From an uncultured Dehalococcoidaceae bacterium (GTDB lineage Bacteria > Chloroflexota > Dehalococcoidia > Dehalococcoidales > RBG-16-60-22): a DNA stretch of 35,268 nt. The stretch is from contig CAZOMF010000003.1 in NCBI GenBank assembly GCA_964580635.1, positions 1-35,268 of the forward strand. Reading direction: 5' to 3'. The notes beneath the pieces were generated by a model. It was not told the origin of the DNA. It did no database searches and saw only the letters and a program-made list of their open reading frames with translations. Below are positions 15,401-23,601 of this stretch, piece after piece (positions within the stretch are counted from its first letter, which is position 1; each line of letters begins with the position of its first letter). The translations under genes were made by a program, and so were the position numbers.

Positions 15401-15763
15401 TGAAAAAAAAGGGAAATTTACAGGAATGTAAACAAAAATGTATTGGAATTGTTAGCCTTCAATAAGGGGGGTCTGCGGGGATTCGGGGGGTACGGTCCCG
15501 GCTTTATTACAGGGACAGGGACCGAGACTGCTGGTATTGTAACTGTGAGGAATTACACGCGGTGCCGCGACTCTGTTTTATCTCGGCAGAGCCGGACAAT
15601 CGTCATCACAGCGGTAGAAAATGCTGATTTCAGTGATAATAGCTTTATGGTCGCCGGAAACCCCGGAAAAATCGCGGCGTTCGTGGACTGACTTGACCAT
15701 ACCGCCGGAGCACCTGTCGATGTCTTCGGAGAGATGTACCTTCTTATATAGGAAGCGTTTGCT

Positions 15764-18193
15764 CTAGCTCCCGGGAAGGCGCATCTTAAGAAGCTCCGCC
15801 AGCGCCGAAATACGCTCCAGCCAGTCGCGGGCCTCGGCGTTGCCGGCGTCGGCTGCCTCGCGCCGCCCGCGGTATTCCCGCTGCATCAGATCGTAGAAGA
15901 TGTTCTGGACCTTCCGCAGTTCCACCTTAAACGGCAGCCGCTCTATCTCGTTGGCGTCGGCCAGGAGGTCGTCGAGTCGGTCCGTCCGGTCGGGCTCCGC
16001 CACCGCGAGCCAGATGAGCCGTTCCAGCGCTTCCCCGGTCAGGTAGGAAAGTCCCTCGTCGTCCAGCTTGACCTGCCAGGTCGCCGCCTCCTCCAGCAGG
16101 CCGGCCAGCCGGGCCACATCGAGCGGTATCTCCTGGAGGGTCCGGCGCAGGCTGATGTCCAGCACGAACTCGGCCGCCGTGCGGAACCCGGCCGGGATGG
16201 GATGGCCGAGCTCGACGAGGTAACGCATCGGCGGGTGATAGGTATCGTATATCTGCCGGAAGGCGGTCTCGATGTCGGCCAGGTTTCCTTCGAGGATACG
16301 CTCCAGCACCGCCCGCTGTTCGTCGCGGAACAGGTCACGGATGGAATAGAGCCCACCGCCGAAGTGCTTGTCCAGCCGCCGGAGCGTTTCCGGGACGTCC
16401 TCCGTGGTGAAGGCGGCCGTGAGGTCTTCCGCGATTGCCCGGTAGGCGGCCTCGTCCGTCGCTTTCCGTATACCGGCGTTGATGTTGTGGTCGCCGAGGT
16501 GCAGCACGCCGAAGTCGAACGTGTCCGATTCCAGCGTGATGACCGAGGTCACGCATACCTTCCCGGCCGCCAGGCACCGCTTGCCGGAGGTGAGGAAGAA
16601 CTCGTTCTCCAGGTCGATGCGGTAGCAGTAGACGTGGCGCTGCTCGCCGGGACGCTCGCAGATGGCGTTGATGGCGAAGTGGGCGGCGGTCCGCGGCAGG
16701 TCGATCATAGCCGGTCGCACGAACTGTGCCCAGACGCTGCGGCCGTCGCCGTAGCGGTCCACGTTGCTCCGGGCGGCGGCCAGTCGTTCGAGGAAGGGCG
16801 CCTCGAGGTCGGTGCGGCCGAGGTCACCGGCGAGCTGGAGTGCCCGTCCGGCGTACTGGAGCACCTGGACGGTCTCCATGCCCGCCAGGTCGTCGAAGAA
16901 CCACCCGCAGCTCGTGTACATCAGCATGGTATGGCGCTGGAGTTCCAGCAGCTTGAGGATGGTAATAGTGGCTGCCTCGTTCGTTTCGGTGGCGGCATGG
17001 CGCGCCATGAAGTCCCGGATGACCGCCTCGGAGCGGTCGAGGACGATATCGATGTAGTCGTCCCGGGCGGCCCACGGGTCTTTGAGGTACCACCTGGCGA
17101 ATGACTCGTAGACCTCATCGAGCGTATCCCGCAGCCAGTCGAACGCGGCGCGCAGCGGCGCCCGCCAGCTTTGGTTCCAGGCGGGGTTGCGTCCCGCGTT
17201 GCAACCACAGTCGCTCCGCCAGCGCTCGATGCCGTGCGGGCAGCTCCACGAGGTGTTCTCGCGGATTTCCACCTCGTATTCGGGCGGGTGCCGGGACAGG
17301 TATTCGGCGTAGTTGGTGACGGTCGCCGTTTTCGTTTTCCCGAGGTAGTCGAGCGCGGCGGCGAGGGCCATGTCCGCGAAGCGGTGGTGGTGACCGAAGG
17401 TCTCGCCGTCGGTGGCCAGACTAACGATCTCGTCGTCAGCGGCCTTGGGGCTGAAACCCCCCAGCAGACGCCTGGCCAGCTTCTCGCCGTTATCGAGGAG
17501 GTCCTCGAAGGCCACCGCCTGGGAGATGGGGTGGTCGTAGAAAAAGACGGCGATGGACCTCCCTTCGGACAGTTGTATCAGGTAGGGTCGGCGCGTATCG
17601 AGCTCGCCTTCAGGCTCCTGCCACGCCCCTTCGCCGAGCGGCCGGAACCGGCTGGCCTGCTGCGGCCCGAGGATGGTGAACCGGATGCCGTTTTCCGCCA
17701 TGATGTCGAGCGTTTCCAAATCGACCGCCGCCTCCGGCAGCCACATTCCCTCCGGCTCGCGCCCGTAGCGGTGACGGAAGTCATGGATACCCCAGACCAC
17801 CTGGGTGACCTTGTCGCGCCGGTTGGCCAGCGGCATGACCATGTGGTTGTACGGCTGGGCCATGGCCGCACCGTGACCGCCGTGGGCCTCGCGGCTGAGA
17901 GCGTCCGCGTCCATAACGGCGTCATAGACACTGGGTCGGGCGTCTTCGAGCCACTTCAGCAGCGTGGGCCCCATGTCGAAGCTGATGTCCCGGTAGTTGT
18001 TGGTTATGGCGGTGATGTAGCCCTCTGCATCGAGGAGTCGGGCTGCCGCGTTGGGCGCGTAGCACTCGTCGGCGATACGCTCGTTCCAGTCGTGGTAGGG
18101 CGCCGCCGAGTCCTGGAGCTGGATGGCCTCGAGCCACGGGTTTTCCCGGGGCGGCTGGTAAAAATGTCCGTGGATGCAGACGGCCCGTTCCAT
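15764..18193 (-). CDS. glycoside hydrolase family 57 protein with DUF3536-type C-terminal region
   Basis: Starting from ATG 18193 gives MERAVCIHGHFYQPPRENPW..., the canonical GH57 N-terminus. GGAAGGAAAGG lies upstream. The start is 1 nt after the glgB stop. The 93-aa extension in the track ORF overlaps glgB and is Arg/Pro/Ser-rich. Confidence 0.85.
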   Translation of the reverse strand: MERAVCIHGHFYQPPRENPWLEAIQLQDSAAPYHDWNERIADECYAPNAAARLLDAEGYITAITNNYRDISFDMGPTLLKWLEDARPSVYDAVMDADALSREAHGGHGAAMAQPYNHMVMPLANRRDKVTQVVWGIHDFRHRYGREPEGMWLPEAAVDLETLDIMAENGIRFTILGPQQASRFRPLGEGAWQEPEGELDTRRPYLIQLSEGRSIAVFFYDHPISQAVAFEDLLDNGEKLARRLLGGFSPKAADDEIVSLATDGETFGHHHRFADMALAAALDYLGKTKTATVTNYAEYLSRHPPEYEVEIRENTSWSCPHGIERWRSDCGCNAGRNPAWNQSWRAPLRAAFDWLRDTLDEVYESFARWYLKDPWAARDDYIDIVLDRSEAVIRDFMARHAATETNEAATITILKLLELQRHTMLMYTSCGWFFDDLAGMETVQVLQYAGRALQLAGDLGRTDLEAPFLERLAAARSNVDRYGDGRSVWAQFVRPAMIDLPRTAAHFAINAICERPGEQRHVYCYRIDLENEFFLTSGKRCLAAGKVCVTSVITLESDTFDFGVLHLGDHNINAGIRKATDEAAYRAIAEDLTAAFTTEDVPETLRRLDKHFGGGLYSIRDLFRDEQRAVLERILEGNLADIETAFRQIYDTYHPPMRYLVELGHPIPAGFRTAAEFVLDISLRRTLQEIPLDVARLAGLLEEAATWQVKLDDEGLSYLTGEALERLIWLAVAEPDRTDRLDDLLADANEIERLPFKVELRKVQNIFYDLMQREYRGRREAADAGNAEARDWLERISALAELLKMRLPGS

Positions 18194-18194
18194 G

Positions 18195-20123
18195 TTACCT
18201 TTCCTTCCGATCATTGGTGGTGCTGAGCGGCTGGCGGCGGTGGTGGAAGCAGACCATGGCCAGCGAAGGCAGCGTGATCTCAATGGCATACGGCTGCCCC
18301 TGGGCGTTTCCCCGGCGGGCCCGCCGCGCCCGCGGGTTGGTACGGTCGGCGCCGCCCCAAGAGCTGTCGTCGCTGTTGGCGACCTCTTTCCAGTAGCCGC
18401 TTTCCGGCACGCCGACGGTATAGCGCTCGTACGTGTAGTCCGAGAAGTTACAGACGACGAGCAGCAGGTCATCCTCCTCCCCGCCGAGGCGCAGGTAGCT
18501 GACGATGCTGTGCATGGCGTCCCGGAGGTCCACCCACTGGAAACCCTCCGGACCGCAGTCCCGCGCGTGCAGCGCCGGCAGCTCTCGGTAGAGACGGTTG
18601 AGGCGGGTCAGCCAGCCGGTCACCTGCTGGTGCCGGTCGTACTTGGTGAGGTCCCACTCCAGGGTACCGTCGTGCTGCCATTCGTGCCACTGGGCGAACT
18701 CCCCGCCCATGAAGAGGAGCTTCTTGCCGGGCTGGGTGAACATGTAGCCGTAGAGGAGCCGGAGGTTGGCGAACTTGTGCCAGTCGTCGCCCGGCATACG
18801 ACCGAGCAGCGAGCTTTTCTCGTGGACAACCTCGTCGTGGGAAAGGGGCAGTACGAAGTTCTCGTGGAAGGCGTACACCATACGGAAGGTGAGGTCGTCT
18901 TGGTGGTAGCGGCGGTAGACGGGGTCGAGCGACAGGTACTCTAGTGTGTCGTGCATCCAGCCGAGGTCCCACTTTAGCCCGAAGCCGAGCCCGCCGGATT
19001 CGACCGGCCGCGAGACCATCGGCCACGCCGACGATTCCTCGGCGTAGGTCTGCACGTCCGGGAAGGCGGCGTAGACCTCGGTATTGAGGCGCCGAAGAAA
19101 GTCGATCGCCTCCAGGTTCTCGCGCCCGCCGTTCTTGTTGGGGAGCCACTCGCCCGGCCGCCGGGAGTAGTCGAGGTACAGCATGGAGGCGACGCCGTCC
19201 ACGCGGAGACCGTCGGCGTGGTAGATATCTAGCCAGAAGAGGGCGCTGGCGATGAGGAAGTCCTGCACCTCCGGGCGGCCGTAGTCGAAGATGCAGCTCG
19301 TCCAGTCCGGGTGGAAGCCACGGCGTGGGTCGGGGTGCTCGTAGAGGTGCGTGCCGTCGAACAGTGCGAGGCCGTGGGGATCGTTGGGGAAGTGGGAGGG
19401 CACCCAGTCCAAAATAACGCCGAGCCCCGCCTGGTGGAGATGGTCCACCAGGTACATGAAGTCCTGTGGCGTTCCCTGACGGCTCGTCGGCGCGAAGTAG
19501 CCGGTCACCTGGTAGCCCCACGAGCCGTAGAAGGGGTGCTCCATGACCGGGGTGAACTCCACGTGGGTGAAGCCGAGCTTCTTGACATAATCAGCCAGTG
19601 GCGCCGCCAGCTCGCGGTAATTGAGCGATCGCCCGCCCTCCGCGGGTACACGTCGCCAGGAGCCGGGATGTACCTCGTAGATGGAGATAGGCGCGTCGAG
19701 GCGGTTCCGCTCACGGCGTGCCGCCATCCAGTCACGGTCACCCCAGGCGTAGTCGAGGTCCCAGATGATGGAAGCCTTGTTTGGCGCGACATCGTGATAG
19801 AAGCCGCAGGGGTCCGCCTTGTCCGTGCCGTCGCCGCCTTTATGCGGCACGACGTGGTATTTATAGCGCTGCCCTTTGACGGCGGATGGGACCGTCCTTT
19901 CCCAGATACCGCCGAGGCGCCGTTGTAGGGGATGGGCCTCGCTATCCCAGTTGTTGAATTCCCCGATGACCGAGACGGCGCGAGCTTTGGGGGCCCGGAC
20001 GACAAAACGAGTGCCTCCCGTGACCGGGTGGGCGCCCAGCCGGTGGTAGAGCCGGCCCGGAGCGCGGGAGCTGACGGGTTTTCCCGCGGGTTGCATCATG
20101 CGTCCTGTACGGGATTGTACCAT
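18195..20123 (-). CDS. glgB: 1,4-alpha-glucan branching enzyme
   Basis: GH13 conserved regions are present: ILDWVPSHF, GLRVDGVASMLY, YAEESSAWP and VLPLSHDEVVH. The N-terminal CBM48-like segment is FVVRAPKARAVSVIGEFNNWD. The exact start is uncertain (20123 or a nearby in-frame ATG). Confidence 0.9.
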   Translation of the reverse strand: MVQSRTGRMMQPAGKPVSSRAPGRLYHRLGAHPVTGGTRFVVRAPKARAVSVIGEFNNWDSEAHPLQRRLGGIWERTVPSAVKGQRYKYHVVPHKGGDGTDKADPCGFYHDVAPNKASIIWDLDYAWGDRDWMAARRERNRLDAPISIYEVHPGSWRRVPAEGGRSLNYRELAAPLADYVKKLGFTHVEFTPVMEHPFYGSWGYQVTGYFAPTSRQGTPQDFMYLVDHLHQAGLGVILDWVPSHFPNDPHGLALFDGTHLYEHPDPRRGFHPDWTSCIFDYGRPEVQDFLIASALFWLDIYHADGLRVDGVASMLYLDYSRRPGEWLPNKNGGRENLEAIDFLRRLNTEVYAAFPDVQTYAEESSAWPMVSRPVESGGLGFGLKWDLGWMHDTLEYLSLDPVYRRYHQDDLTFRMVYAFHENFVLPLSHDEVVHEKSSLLGRMPGDDWHKFANLRLLYGYMFTQPGKKLLFMGGEFAQWHEWQHDGTLEWDLTKYDRHQQVTGWLTRLNRLYRELPALHARDCGPEGFQWVDLRDAMHSIVSYLRLGGEEDDLLLVVCNFSDYTYERYTVGVPESGYWKEVANSDDSSWGGADRTNPRARRARRGNAQGQPYAIEITLPSLAMVCFHHRRQPLSTTNDRKER

Positions 20124-20177
20124 GTCCCGCGCCGCGATTGAAGCCGGAGGCGCGATACCCGCCTCGTGATCGCCGCA

Positions 20178-20221
20178 GCAATAAAACGTAGAGCCGGACC
20201 GGTAGGCCGCGGCCCGGCTCT
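20178..20221 (-). terminator. GC-rich hairpin plus U-rich tail downstream of the 20265 small ORF
   Basis: gagccgg...ccggctc (20191-20220) forms an imperfect GC hairpin. On the minus strand it is followed by ACGUUUUAUUGC. Confidence 0.45.
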
Positions 20222-20264
20222 TATCCTCTGTCGGTACAGGGTTTTTTCAGTGTCGATGTACCGG

Positions 20265-20462
20265 CTATGAGGTCATCTCAGCGGTTCGGTTTTCGCTATG
20301 CTCGCTCTCCTCCAGGACATCTTCAGGTGAGCGCTCTTCCACATCAGCATTCTTCGTTGCGGTGTGGTCCGCGTTTGCGGCATGGTGGGGATGCCCGTTC
20401 GCCGCATCTCGGTAGACCTTGCACCCGCAGTGCGGACAGTAGACTAAAACTCGGTTCGCCAT
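20265..20462 (-). CDS. hypothetical small zinc-ribbon-like protein
   Basis: Starting from ATG 20462 gives MANRVLVYCPHCGCKVYRD..., followed by a His- and acid-rich tail. There is only one CxxC pair, so the product call is weak. Confidence 0.35.
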   Translation of the reverse strand: MANRVLVYCPHCGCKVYRDAANGHPHHAANADHTATKNADVEERSPEDVLEESEHSENRTAEMTS

Positions 20463-20559
20463 CTGACCACTATACCGGGCGATGGTAAAAATTTCAGATG
20501 ACCCTTGGTTGGAAAACGGATATATCACCCAACGAGCAGCGAAACTCTGGTCATTTTTC

Positions 20560-20614
20560 AGACGTAAAAAAATAAAACCCCCTGTTATCGCTGAATTAGC
20601 TTCAAAACAGGGGG
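20560..20614 (-). terminator. rho-independent terminator after the tRNA pair
   Basis: ccccctgtt (20578-20586) pairs with aacaggggg (20606-20614). On the minus strand it is followed by UUUUAUUUUUUU (plus-strand aaaaaaataaaa at 20566-20577). Confidence 0.75.
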
Positions 20615-20626
20615 CTTTAGTGGTCT

Positions 20627-20702
20627 TGGTAGCGCATACGGGATTCGAACCCGTGATCTCCGCCTTGAGAGGGCGGCGTCCTAACCGCTAGACGAATGCG
20701 CC
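20627..20702 (-). tRNA. tRNA-Glu(CUC): tRNA-Glu (anticodon CUC), CCA encoded
   Basis: The 76-nt cloverleaf was folded by hand. The acceptor is GGCGCAT/ATGCGCT (G1-U72 wobble), the D stem GTCT/GGAC, the anticodon stem CCGCC/GGCGG with loop CTCTCAA, and the T arm ACGGG-TTCGAAT-CCCGT. Confidence 0.9.
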
Positions 20703-20710
20703 GTATCTAC

Positions 20711-20784
20711 TGGCTGGGGAGAGAGGATTCGAACCTCTGCATACGGATCCAGAGTCCGCTGTCCTACCACTAGACGACTCCCCA
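20711..20784 (-). tRNA. tRNA-Gln(CUG): tRNA-Gln (anticodon CUG), CCA encoded
   Basis: It is 74 nt. The acceptor is TGGGGAG/CTCCCCA, the anticodon stem GCGGA/TCCGT with loop CTCTGGA, and the T arm AGAGG-TTCGAAT-CCTCT. Confidence 0.9.
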
Positions 20785-20889
20785 ACGGACACGTAAATTA
20801 TACCATGACCCGTAGTAGGTGACAACGGGGTTTAGGCCGCGGTTGACAGCCTCCCCGTTCCCCCGTTATCGTAGGAGCGGAAGGCAGCT

Positions 20890-21585
20890 ATGACCGATAC
20901 GTCCCCGCTGGAAAAAGCCCTCGGCGTTTCCTTCACGGAGCCGGCCCCGCTACGGCAGGCCCTCGTCCACAGCTCTTACTGCAACGAGAACCCCGCCGCC
21001 GGTCTCGGCCACAACGAGCGGCTCGAGTTTCTGGGGGATGCGGTGCTGGATATGATCGTTGCCGAGAAGCTCTATCTGGACTACCCGGACCTCGCCGAGG
21101 GCGCCATGACCAAGCGCCGTGCCTCGCTCGTCCGCCGTGAGACGCTTGCCCGCGTGGCCCGTACGATTCATCTCGGAGATTTCCTGTGCCTCGGCAAAGG
21201 TGAGGAGACCACCGGGGGGCGGGACAAGGTCCCCAACCTGGCCGGCGCCCTGGAGGCGGTCATCGCCGCCGTGTATCTCGATCGGGGCATGGAGACCGCC
21301 CGGGACATGGTGCTGCGGCTGCTCGCCGCGGAATGGGACCGGTCGGCTAACGTGGGACGGGACTATAAGAGCCGTCTCCAGGAGGTGACGCTGGCCCGCT
21401 TCAAGGCCGTGCCGGACTATCGACTCACCGGGGAGAGCGGCCCTGCCCACGATAAGCGCTTCACTGTCGAGGTTGTCATCAACGGCGAGACCATGGGCGA
21501 GGCCGCCGGTAAAAAGAAGCAGACCGCCGAGAACGAGGCTGCCCGCCAGGCCCTCGACCGCCTCGGTGCGGGCTTTACGGATTGA
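20890..21585 (+). CDS. rnc: ribonuclease III
   Basis: The RNase III signature NERLEFLGDAVLD is present, with a C-terminal dsRBD (KSRLQE...GPAHDKRFTV...GKKKQTAENEAARQAL). Confidence 0.92.
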   Translation: MTDTSPLEKALGVSFTEPAPLRQALVHSSYCNENPAAGLGHNERLEFLGDAVLDMIVAEKLYLDYPDLAEGAMTKRRASLVRRETLARVARTIHLGDFLCLGKGEETTGGRDKVPNLAGALEAVIAAVYLDRGMETARDMVLRLLAAEWDRSANVGRDYKSRLQEVTLARFKAVPDYRLTGESGPAHDKRFTVEVVINGETMGEAAGKKKQTAENEAARQALDRLGAGFTD

Positions 21586-21622
21586 CCTCTATTTGCTAAA
21601 CTGCTCACAGTAACGATACCCC

Positions 21623-21784
21623 ATGAAAGAGGGTTTTATGGGAAGCCGCGATAAGGAAAAACGAGAAGCAAAAAAACCCAGGAAAGACGCCAGGAAACCC
21701 TCCCAGGTGAGCATCGTCCCGCCCGCACCCCCGGTCGAGGTCGTCAAGAAGATCAGGAAGCACCGGGAGGAGGCGGAGGACTAA
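21623..21784 (+). CDS. hypothetical small Lys/Arg-rich protein (53 aa)
   Basis: I hand-translated MKEGFMGSRDKEKREAKKPRKDARKPSQVSIVPPAPPVEVVKKIRKHREEAED. It fills the rnc-acyP gap. No SD or homology is recognised. The opposing track ORF 21605..21982 is less protein-like. Confidence 0.3.
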   Translation: MKEGFMGSRDKEKREAKKPRKDARKPSQVSIVPPAPPVEVVKKIRKHREEAED

Positions 21785-21892
21785 CCTTCCCGGAGTGTCA
21801 TCTCCTTGGGAGTCCCGATGCATTCGGGACGACCGAAGGATCTCGGGCGGGGTTACCTCTTTAGGCAAAGCTGGTAGAAAGGGAACCGTCAC

Positions 21893-22174
21893 ATGACCGA
21901 CCTTGTCTCGCTGCGGGCCGTCGTCCGCGGGAGAGTGCAGGGCGTTTTCTTTCGGGGTTCCGTCCAGGCCCGGGCGGACCATCTGGACGTAACCGGCTAC
22001 GTGCGTAACTGTCCGGACGGTACGGTGGAGGTCTGGGCGGAGGGAGAGCGATACCAGCTCGAGAAGCTTTCGGAGTACCTCTACGTCGGCCCGCCCGGCG
22101 CCCGGGTGGATAACGTGGAGGTGGCGTGGGGCGCCGCCACCGGCAGCTACGTTGGCTTCGACGTCCGCGTTTGA
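21893..22174 (+). CDS. acyP: acylphosphatase
   Basis: It is 93 aa, with VRGRVQGVFFRGSVQ and GYVRNCPDGTVEV, the classic acylphosphatase signatures. Confidence 0.9.
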   Translation: MTDLVSLRAVVRGRVQGVFFRGSVQARADHLDVTGYVRNCPDGTVEVWAEGERYQLEKLSEYLYVGPPGARVDNVEVAWGAATGSYVGFDVRV

Positions 22175-22178
22175 GAGG

Positions 22179-22916
22179 CTACAGGCTTTCCAGCTCGGCC
22201 TTGGCGGCCCGGATGAGGTCGAGGTAGCTCGCCTTGAGACCGAGCGCGTCGGCCACTTCCCGGTCCACCTCGTACGGCTCGCCGATGAACACCTTCTCGT
22301 AGCTCTCCACGGTCCCCTCGCAGGGCTCTTCCTTGACGGCGAATTTCTGTCGCGCCTCCACGATCCCCAGGTCGAACGGCAGCGTGAAGTAGAGGTCCGC
22401 CAGCACCTTGTCGATGCCCAGGTCGTAGAGCATGTCCAGCCCGCTCGCCTCGCCTTCGCCCTGGTACTTGATCAGCGGCAGCAGCGAGAGCAGGTTGTTG
22501 ATGGTAAAATCACCGGTCCCGTCATGCGTCTTAAGCGGTGAGACGGTGATGAGGTAATCGCTGGAAAGGATGACGTTCGGCACCCAAAAGGTAGGCATGA
22601 CGAAGGGCTTGGGCAGCGGGTTGTCCACTTCCACGAAGGTGCAGTCCTTCACGTCGAGCGTGAGCACTCGCGGGAAGTCGTAGCCGAGCGCTTCATAAAT
22701 AGGGCGCGTCGGCGAGCCGCCCGGCGTGCCTTCCAGCAGCAGGATATCGGCATCACTCACCCGCCGGATGCTGGAGATGATACCGGCCAGCATTTCGGCG
22801 CTCGTCGTCACCGGGTAGGGTATCGGGTGGCCCGCGGTGGGTTTGATGAGCACACGCCGCGCTCGTGATACTACGGACGGTACTTTGAAAACGAAGTCTG
22901 AGGCTTCTAAAATCAA
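22179..22916 (-). CDS. DUF362 domain-containing protein
   Basis: Starting from TTG 22916 gives (M)ILEASDFVFKVPSVVSRARRVLIKPT..., a DUF362-like N-terminus (VLIKPN/T motif). GGAGGA lies 5 nt upstream. The start overlaps the mobB stop as TTGA. The 124-aa extension in the track ORF lies inside mobB and is Arg/Gly/Pro-rich. Confidence 0.65.
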   Translation of the reverse strand: MILEASDFVFKVPSVVSRARRVLIKPTAGHPIPYPVTTSAEMLAGIISSIRRVSDADILLLEGTPGGSPTRPIYEALGYDFPRVLTLDVKDCTFVEVDNPLPKPFVMPTFWVPNVILSSDYLITVSPLKTHDGTGDFTINNLLSLLPLIKYQGEGEASGLDMLYDLGIDKVLADLYFTLPFDLGIVEARQKFAVKEEPCEGTVESYEKVFIGEPYEVDREVADALGLKASYLDLIRAAKAELESL

Positions 22917-23560
22917 GGTTTCCTCCTCAGCGAAAGATGCAGGCTGTCGAGGCGTCCGTCGCCGTCGGGTCGGGGCACCATGGCCAGCATGGTGCGTCGC
23001 AGGACATCCTGTTGTGAAGGGGAAAGCGCCAGAGGTTTGCCGTTTACGATGAGCTCGAGCCCCTCGTCGTCGGCGTTGTGGACGTTGGCTTCGATGAGGT
23101 CCGCGATGGCCCCGATGTCGTCCCGCCCGAACTGCGGCACGCTCACGTCGAGCGGCGTGTCGGTAACGACGGCGATGAGCTGCGCCGGGTCGGTCAGCAG
23201 CTCCGCGCCCTGGGCGCCGGCATGGACCTCTATCTTGGGGTAGGGACTGCTCTTGAAGCCCTCGGTGAGGATGAAGTCGTAGTCCCACAGGATGGTATCG
23301 GAAAGCTCGCGTGGGTCGAAGTAGTGGTCCACCCTCCGGTAGACCGCCAGGTGGTCGAGCGAGTTGATGGCGGAGAAGGCGCTCCCAGCCCTTGTATACC
23401 GCCAGGTGTCTTTCCTGGCGGTGTCAAGGTCGTTGCCGTGGTGGCTGTGCTTGGCGATGGCTACCTTGTAACCGCGGCTGCTGAGCTCACCGATGAGCCG
23501 CTCCAGAAGGGTCGTCTTCCCGGAGCCGGATTTCCCAACGATAGATAGTATCTTACGCAT
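22913..23560 (-). CDS. mobB: molybdopterin-guanine dinucleotide biosynthesis adaptor MobB, with C-terminal extension
   Basis: MRKILSIVGKSGSGKTTLLERLIGELSSRGYKVAIAKHSHHG gives the Walker A motif and the MobB KH-HH motif. At 215 aa it is about 40-50 aa longer than typical MobB. Confidence 0.85.
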   Translation of the reverse strand: MRKILSIVGKSGSGKTTLLERLIGELSSRGYKVAIAKHSHHGNDLDTARKDTWRYTRAGSAFSAINSLDHLAVYRRVDHYFDPRELSDTILWDYDFILTEGFKSSPYPKIEVHAGAQGAELLTDPAQLIAVVTDTPLDVSVPQFGRDDIGAIADLIEANVHNADDEGLELIVNGKPLALSPSQQDVLRRTMLAMVPRPDGDGRLDSLHLSLRRKP

Positions 23561-23601
23561 TTAAACGATTATAATAGTCGGGCGTTTCCCGCAACCTGTC
23601 C

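Noticed and set aside
15443-15691. An 82-aa plus-strand ORF in the spacer upstream of the giant gene.
   Set aside because: It has no SD and a Gly/Thr-rich odd composition. It is oriented against all neighbours, so it is treated as non-coding.
18194-18472. N-terminal extensions of track ORFs: 15764..18472, 9414..10775, 22179..23288, 25628..26548, 27593..29191, 1274..1594 and 1615..2403.
   Set aside because: The extensions overlap the upstream gene or are compositionally aberrant. In each case an internal start with a good SD yields the canonical family N-terminus, so shorter coordinates were used.
18469-19521. A 350-aa minus-strand ORF in an alternative frame of glgB. Similar same-strand alternative-frame ORFs are 942..1622, 7077..7535, 11528..12178, 19505..20005 and 30114..30716.
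   Set aside because: These are Arg/Pro/Gly/Ala-dominated translations nested inside recognisable genes. They have no independent start signals.
20482-20691. A 69-aa plus-strand ORF overlapping tRNA-Glu and its terminator.
   Set aside because: It runs antisense through a terminator hairpin and a tRNA gene, so it is spurious.
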